A stretch of DNA of 64,000 nucleotides from Bdellovibrionota bacterium (GTDB taxonomy: Bacteria; Bdellovibrionota_G; JALEGL01; DATDPG01). The position numbers and the translations under genes were made by a program. How positions within the stretch are numbered: position 1 is the stretch's first letter; the number at the start of each line of letters is the position of its first letter. The notes below the pieces were generated by a model. The model was not told the DNA's origin, searched no databases, and worked only from the letters and a program-made list of their open reading frames with translations. Positions 58,523 through 64,000 of this stretch are shown piece by piece. The stretch is taken from positions 1,760,001 through 1,824,000 of the forward strand of contig OY764265.1 in assembly GCA_963668355.1 (NCBI GenBank), read 5' to 3'.

Positions 58523-59832
58523 GATTTGGGTCCCCAGGTTGGCATGGCATGTCTCCATGGTTTGTGTGTTAAACGTATTTGATGGGTTCCATCTGCACGC
58601 ATGGAATATAAGTGATATTGGCCCTCGCGATTGGAACAGAACACAATTAACTGTCCATCCGGAGACCAAGAGGGTTCTTCATTGTTTTTTGAATCGTACG
58701 TGAGACGAATCATGTCTCCGCCTTCACGATTCATGGAAAACACATCGAAAAAACCATCGGTATCCATTCCCGAAAAGAGAATTCGATCTCCTTTTGGAGA
58801 CCAATCCGGAGCGGTGTTGTTGAGTCCTCGGTACGTCAAGCGTCTGGCGCGTTCGTTTCCTTCGGACTTTCTTCGGTAAATTTGAACACTTCCATCGCGA
58901 TCCGAAACAAAAACCAAATCTTTGCCATCCGGTGAAAACGAGGGGTTGACGTCTGTGGCGAAATTTCGTGTGAGGCGTTCAACGACATTTCCTTCAAAGT
59001 TGAGGAGGTAGATCTCGGAGTTTCCGTCTTTTGTCAGAGCGGTGGCAATCAGTTCATGGCTGGGATGAAGAGAGGTCCCGATGACCATTCGAGGGAAAGA
59101 AGAAATACGAACATTTTTGTCCGTTTTCATGTCGTGACGATAAAGTTGAGGAGGTTTTCCATTTTGACCAAAGGCCGTGTAATAAATCGCGGTTCCGTCT
59201 GCGTTCCAGCTTGGAGACATCACAATCGATTTGTGGTTGGTGAGTTTTCTTAAATTCTCACCATTGAAATCAATGACATAAAGCTCCTTGTTTTTGCCCG
59301 CTTGGGCGACGAAAGCAATCTGGGTTTCGAATAGACCTGTTTCTCCCGTGAGAACCTGGATGATCTCATTGGCGAATCGATGAGCCACGCTTGACACGAG
59401 GTTGGAATCGGCCTCATACCTTTTGGCCAGGAGTTCTTTTTGAAGGAGAACATCGAATAGGCGAGGCTCAAATATGACTCGTTCTCCCTTTATTTCGTAG
59501 GTGGCTTTGATCAGGCCCAAAGCATCCAGGACCGCCCAACTCGCAAAATCGATGTCTTTGGCGGAATGAGCCTTCTTGGTCGGGCTTTCCAAAAAGGCAT
59601 TTTCTGGGATGAAACGAAAAACGCCCATCATTTCCAGGTCTTTTTGAACGGTGTCGGAAAAAAGTTTCCCTAAGTTTTTCGGATCCGCCGGAGCTCCTTC
59701 CAGCAGAGGAGGAACCAAAGCAAGGGGAAATGATCGATTGGATGCTCTCGTGATGTCGATGTAAATTTTTGCCTGTGCGGTCTCTGAAAGAAGCACGAAA
59801 GCAACCAAAATGAATGTAAAAAATTTTGCCAT
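58519..59832 (-). CDS. tolB: Tol-Pal system periplasmic protein TolB
   Basis: AHRFANEI...LTG..G.F.T.IAFV, followed by PD40 repeats (PSFSPDG, PDWSPKG, PSWSPDG). Confidence 0.92.
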   Translation of the reverse strand: MAKFFTFILVAFVLLSETAQAKIYIDITRASNRSFPLALVPPLLEGAPADPKNLGKLFSDTVQKDLEMMGVFRFIPENAFLESPTKKAHSAKDIDFASWAVLDALGLIKATYEIKGERVIFEPRLFDVLLQKELLAKRYEADSNLVSSVAHRFANEIIQVLTGETGLFETQIAFVAQAGKNKELYVIDFNGENLRKLTNHKSIVMSPSWNADGTAIYYTAFGQNGKPPQLYRHDMKTDKNVRISSFPRMVIGTSLHPSHELIATALTKDGNSEIYLLNFEGNVVERLTRNFATDVNPSFSPDGKDLVFVSDRDGSVQIYRRKSEGNERARRLTYRGLNNTAPDWSPKGDRILFSGMDTDGFFDVFSMNREGGDMIRLTYDSKNNEEPSWSPDGQLIVFCSNREGQYHLYSMRADGTHQIRLTHKPWRHAMPTWGPKS

Positions 59833-59840
59833 CAGTCTTT

Positions 59841-60629
59841 CTATTTTCGGTTCAAATCGAAGTTAATACTAATCCACTCTCCTACAATGTCTTGTGCTAA
59901 TTCGGAAGGGGGGGAGGGAAGTGGACTCGACTTTCGTATCGCCCTTAACGTAGCGCTGTCAAATGAGGGGTTTCCAGAGCTATGGACGAGTTTTGGGTTT
60001 AAAATGTTTCCAGCGGCATCGATTTGAATGTCTACAGTTGCAGTTGGGGGAGGGGGCTGTAGCCAAATCAGGTTATTCATCAGAACCGCTACAATTCGCT
60101 CCCGGTAGCTTGCAAAAATGGGGTTGCCGCCCAACATTCCGGCAATTCCGCCTGTTGGACTTGCCGTAACATCATCTTTTCCTTCTCCGGAAGATGGAAA
60201 ATTATCCGGTCTGGGTGTGGGTTCGGTTGCAACATCGCTGGAAAGGCTGGCCAATGCATTTTTCATGGCCTCTTCTCGCGCTTTGGCTTCTGCTTCTTCC
60301 TTCTCCTTTTGAATTTCCTGTTTCGTTTTTTTTGGCTTGGCCGAAACGACCTTCTTGGCTGGGGTGCGGGTTTTCTTCATTTGGGGTTTGGCTTGGACTC
60401 GAGGGCCAGGAAGTTTGTACTTGGGCGTTTTTTTTGCGGACTTAACTGTGTGGGCCCACATGACATTTACCGGGGCCGAAGCATTTAATTTCAGATGGTT
60501 GAGAGAGCTTCGATGACTTTTCCAGCCGATCCAAAACATCATCAGAACGTGGAGAGCAACGGAAATGATGATCATTCGGCGGAAACTTTCGGTGTCCGAT
60601 TTCTTGATCGTAAGGGCCTTGGAAGTCAT
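59841..60629 (-). CDS. tolA: TolA/TonB-like energy transducer
   Basis: TM helix with SxxxH (SVALH), Lys/Pro-rich linker, C-terminal SSGN..FD...LRAI...P.P; position in the tol operon. Confidence 0.8.
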   Translation of the reverse strand: MTSKALTIKKSDTESFRRMIIISVALHVLMMFWIGWKSHRSSLNHLKLNASAPVNVMWAHTVKSAKKTPKYKLPGPRVQAKPQMKKTRTPAKKVVSAKPKKTKQEIQKEKEEAEAKAREEAMKNALASLSSDVATEPTPRPDNFPSSGEGKDDVTASPTGGIAGMLGGNPIFASYRERIVAVLMNNLIWLQPPPPTATVDIQIDAAGNILNPKLVHSSGNPSFDSATLRAIRKSSPLPSPPSELAQDIVGEWISINFDLNRK

Positions 60630-61036
60630 TTTTCGGGTTCGGTAATCATGCCCATTCGGTCAATCCCCGCGTTTTTGACGTTGGCCATGACTTTCACGAC
60701 GAATCCATAGGGAATTCGTTGATCGGCTTGGAGATAGATTTCCTTTTTTCTTTTTTCGCGGAACATTTCACGAAGTTTCGGTGTAAGTTCCTGTAGGGAC
60801 AGTTTGTGCTTGGAAATGGAAATTTCCTTCTTATGATTGATTTCCAAAACGACATCATTTGGTTTGACAGCGACCGATTGAGTGGAGCGTGTTTCAGGTA
60901 AATCCACATCGACTTGCTGTTGAATCATCGGTGCAGTAACCATAAAGATCACCAAAAGCACCAACATGACATCCACGAACGGTGTCACGTTGATTTCAGA
61001 GAGGGCCTCGTTTTTGTCACCCAACTGAAAGGCCAT
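60626..61036 (-). CDS. tolR: TolR
   Basis: SEINVTPFVDVMLVLLVIFMVTAP, L.AD..IPYG.V. Confidence 0.92.
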   Translation of the reverse strand: MAFQLGDKNEALSEINVTPFVDVMLVLLVIFMVTAPMIQQQVDVDLPETRSTQSVAVKPNDVVLEINHKKEISISKHKLSLQELTPKLREMFREKRKKEIYLQADQRIPYGFVVKVMANVKNAGIDRMGMITEPEK

Positions 61037-61039
61037 ACG

Positions 61040-61732
61040 TTATTTCCGACCTCCCATTTGTCTTTTGAGGACGTTCAAAAACTCACTGGAAAACATTTCC
61101 ATGGAGCGGGTGAAACGACGAATCCGACTTTGACAGAAATTGTATCCAATGACCGCCGGGATTGCCGCAAACAAGCCTACGGCCGTGGCAATGAGTGCCT
61201 CAGAAATTCCTGGCGCGACCACGGCCAAGTTTGTGGCTCCGGTTTCTCCAATATTCATGAAGGAATCCATGATTCCCCAAACCGTTCCAAAAAGACCAAT
61301 GAAAGGAGCTGCGCTGGCGGTCGTTGCCAGAAAAGGCGTTCTTCTTTCCAATTCATTGAGTTCCGCAATCGACTTTCGACGTAGTGTGGCTTCGACATTT
61401 TCGATGATGTCATCCACACGATCCGGCGAAATTTCTCCGGCTTCGTTCTTGGTGGCTTCACTGGTTGTCAGGAGCTCTTTGTATCCGGCTCGAAAAACGG
61501 CTGCGATGGGGCAGTCGGTCATCTGTTTCGCCTTTCGATAGGCGGTTTCCATGTTTCGCTGTGACCAGAAGAATTCGAGAAATTCATCATCATGCTTTCG
61601 AGCACGCTTGAGAAGTCGGACTTTTAAGAAAATAATGGCCCAAGAAATGATCGAGGTCGCGATCAAAAGGAAGAGAACCCCTTTGACCACGGGACCGGAT
61701 CCCAAAATGAGTTTAATGGCATTTAATTTCAT
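61040..61732 (-). CDS. tolQ: TolQ
   Basis: LATTASAAPFIGLFGTVWGIM, LAVVAPGISEALIATAVGLFAAIPAV. Confidence 0.93.
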   Translation of the reverse strand: MKLNAIKLILGSGPVVKGVLFLLIATSIISWAIIFLKVRLLKRARKHDDEFLEFFWSQRNMETAYRKAKQMTDCPIAAVFRAGYKELLTTSEATKNEAGEISPDRVDDIIENVEATLRRKSIAELNELERRTPFLATTASAAPFIGLFGTVWGIMDSFMNIGETGATNLAVVAPGISEALIATAVGLFAAIPAVIGYNFCQSRIRRFTRSMEMFSSEFLNVLKRQMGGRK

Positions 61733-61806
61733 ATGTTTGGCAAAACGATAAAGCTTTCCGCGATTTCCGTCTACTGGCGGGAGAGAATTCGATTCTGGCT
61801 TTTTTA

Positions 61807-62397
61807 GTGATAGATTTGTTCTCGAAAGGAGCAATTCTGTCTAAGTCAATTTTCAGCTGGATTGTCATGGTTTTTCTGGGTCTTCTTGCGGGCTATGGTC
61901 TGTTCTCGCTCAAAACCACATCCCAACCGCAGGAGCCGATTTTTGCCCCAGCATCCCCTGTCCCGGAGGACTCTCTGGAGGAAGGTGTGCTTGTACCGGT
62001 TTACTACCCTCGAAAAGACCTTTCTGGCTTGGAAAAGAGAGAGTTCAGGCTTTCCAAAGGAAAAGAGTCCTTGGCAGGGTGGATTCGTTTTCTGGTGAAA
62101 CATTTGGCCACGCCCTCTTCCTCCGAACTTCTGGCCGTGTTTCCGGAAAAGACCGAGTTGCTTCATGTTTTTGCGAACGATCAAGGGGGCCTGTTTCTGG
62201 ACTTCTCTTCTTCTTTGACTCCCAGAGAGGGGGTCGGGGTTCAATTGGAGAGTCTTGCGTTAAAAGCTTTTTTCAGAACCTTGAACGTGAATGTGCCGGG
62301 TTATCAGTCGGTGGCTCTTTTGGTAGAAGGGCGGGAACGAGAAACTTTTTGGGGACATATATATGCGAGAAAAGCTTTTCCTCTGGAGCGTTTTTAG
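61807..62397 (+). CDS. GerMN domain protein
   Basis: N-terminal TM; VYY, P..T.L..V...LDFS, TL..N.....V.LLVEG...ET..GH. Confidence 0.75.
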   Translation: MIDLFSKGAILSKSIFSWIVMVFLGLLAGYGLFSLKTTSQPQEPIFAPASPVPEDSLEEGVLVPVYYPRKDLSGLEKREFRLSKGKESLAGWIRFLVKHLATPSSSELLAVFPEKTELLHVFANDQGGLFLDFSSSLTPREGVGVQLESLALKAFFRTLNVNVPGYQSVALLVEGRERETFWGHIYARKAFPLERF

Positions 62398-62447
62398 ACC
62401 GCTCAAAAAATCCAGAGTAGACTGTTCTCCAAGACGTCTTGTAGATC

Positions 62448-62918
62448 ATGATAACAGGATATAACCACAATATTCGGCATCGCGGCCTTCTCTTTCATGT
62501 CCAAACGGAGGATGGGGGAGCAGGCAACCCTTATGTCGTGACCATTCTTTTTTTTAACGGGAATGTTTTGGCCCAGCGTCGCAGAAGTTATGAAAAGTTT
62601 AAGGAGTTGCCGGAGAGAGAAGAGATTGTGGTTGCCATGATGAAAGAGCAACACAAAGAAATCATGAAAGATTTGGTCGGGGATCGCCTACGTGGAGCTT
62701 CCCAAGTGATTGAGATGGAGACCGGAGAGATCATCCCTCCCCCTCCCATGGCATCCGATCCCGCTAATCTTCCTCCTCCGCCGATGGCGAAAATGAATCA
62801 ACCGCCTCCCCAAGAAAAGATGCCACCACCCATTTCAGAGACCATCGAGGTGGAAAAAGGTGCGGAGAAGACGTTGGATGAATTGATCTTGGAATTTCTC
62901 AATGAGGAAGAGGACTGA
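62448..62918 (+). CDS. Conserved hypothetical protein upstream of ftsE
   Basis: MITGYNHNI...G..FHVQTED.G..NP..T.LF..G..M.EQHK, Pro-rich linker, LDELIL.FL tail; a pattern I recall from deltaproteobacterial genomes. Confidence 0.75.
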   Translation: MITGYNHNIRHRGLLFHVQTEDGGAGNPYVVTILFFNGNVLAQRRRSYEKFKELPEREEIVVAMMKEQHKEIMKDLVGDRLRGASQVIEMETGEIIPPPPMASDPANLPPPPMAKMNQPPPQEKMPPPISETIEVEKGAEKTLDELILEFLNEEED

Positions 62919-62956
62919 ACCGACATGCGAGGTTTTGATCTCGGGGGAAAGACACC

Positions 62957-63613
62957 ATGATTCAGCTGTACCATGTATATAAAAGCTATCGAGCGGATGC
63001 TCCCGCGTTGGTGGATGTCAACTTGCAGATCCGAAAAGGAGAATTCGTTTGTCTGACTGGGCCGAGTGGGGCAGGAAAGACAACTCTTCTGAAGTTGTTG
63101 TTTGGAGAGGAGTTGGCAAACGAGGGGCAGATTTTGGTCGACAACCGGAACGTGTCTCGAATGCGGGGTAACAATATTGCACGTTTGCGTCGATCGATTG
63201 GCGTCGTATTTCAAGATTTTAAATTGATTCAAACCCGAACGGTTTTTGAAAACGTAGCGGTGACGTTGGAAATTTTGGGGCTTTCCAGGTCTATGATTGA
63301 ACGTAGGACCAATATGATGTTGCGCCTGGTCGGTTTAGAGAAACGAGCACGAAGCATTCCCATTCGTCTGTCGGGCGGGGAGCAGCAACGCGTGGCCATT
63401 GCCCGAGCCCTGGTGAATGATCCCAAAATTTTATTGGCCGATGAGCCTACCGGGAATCTTGATGCTGAACTCACGAACGAAATTTTAGATTTGCTTAAAG
63501 AAATCAATTTGCGAGGGACCACCATCATTTTGGCGACACATGATCCGAAAGTTTTGGCGCGGGTGGCTCAACGGGAATTGTCTTTGGTGAACGGGAAGCT
63601 GGTGAAGTCGTGA
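62957..63613 (+). CDS. ftsE: Cell division ATP-binding protein FtsE
   Basis: GPSGAGKTT, LRRSIGVVFQDFKL, LSGGEQQRVAIARA, ADEPTGNLD. Confidence 0.93.
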   Translation: MIQLYHVYKSYRADAPALVDVNLQIRKGEFVCLTGPSGAGKTTLLKLLFGEELANEGQILVDNRNVSRMRGNNIARLRRSIGVVFQDFKLIQTRTVFENVAVTLEILGLSRSMIERRTNMMLRLVGLEKRARSIPIRLSGGEQQRVAIARALVNDPKILLADEPTGNLDAELTNEILDLLKEINLRGTTIILATHDPKVLARVAQRELSLVNGKLVKS

Positions 63614-64000
63614 GAATGTTTCGCATCCTTCGCTATGTTTCTCGGTCGGCTTACCAGAGCCTTCGAAACGCTCCCCTTTTGCATGCAGTCTCGGCCGGGA
63701 CAATGGCTACGGCTTTTGTCATTTTTGGCGGAAGCATGATTTTGTTCACGAATGTGAGAAATGTCTTGGTGGATTCCGACGCGGGGACACATATTTCTGT
63801 GTATCTTCAAGCGAAGGACGTGTCTCGTACGACCGATCGCATTCGGAAACAGTTTTGTGAACAATCGTTTGTCAAAAAATGTGAAGTGGTTTCTTCGGAA
63901 GTCGCCAAAACGAGGTTTGTAGCCAAGAATCCAGAGTTGGAGGAAACGGTTTCTTCCCTGCAGGCCAGCCCGTTTCCCTCTTCCATCGAAATTAGCATTG
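63610..64000 (+). CDS. ftsX: Cell division permease FtsX, 3'-truncated by window edge
   Basis: GTG overlapping the ftsE stop; MRMFRILRY..N-terminal TM..ISVYL..SPFPSSIEI; frame open to the window end. Confidence 0.85.
   Translation, partial: MRMFRILRYVSRSAYQSLRNAPLLHAVSAGTMATAFVIFGGSMILFTNVRNVLVDSDAGTHISVYLQAKDVSRTTDRIRKQFCEQSFVKKCEVVSSEVAKTRFVAKNPELEETVSSLQASPFPSSIEISI

Overview
A 64 kb bacterial chromosomal window. The lineage is probably deltaproteobacterial (Bdellovibrionota/Myxococcota-like), inferred from a MXAN_5808-type S41 protease, MYXO-CTERM-like sorting signals and gene order. Housekeeping blocks: peptidoglycan recycling (ldcA-like, serine hydrolase, mpl), mreB, GT4/wecB, mgtE, iorAB plus ADP-forming acyl-CoA ligase, rph/rdgB, nadE/nadK/recO/mazG, tolQRAB/ppx and ftsEX. 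There are four tRNAs (Gly-GCC, His-GTG, Arg-TCT, Pro-TGG). The 8-31 kb region is an accessory, secretome-rich tract. It holds a 3309-aa apparent polyprotein (adhesin + internal MYXO-CTERM-like anchor + second signal peptide + beta-barrel/OmpA), a signal-peptide-bearing histidine-kinase-like protein with no transmembrane helix, and a MYXO-CTERM-like surface protein with an HFS motif. It also holds a Cys-rich lipoprotein, an M64-like peptidase, a structured element linked to tRNA-His, and gene remnants joined at a REP-like palindrome. Four genes share a sigma54 plus IHF-like promoter layout. No CRISPR, rRNA, integrase or transposase was seen. All calls come from motif reading only; no database searches were run.
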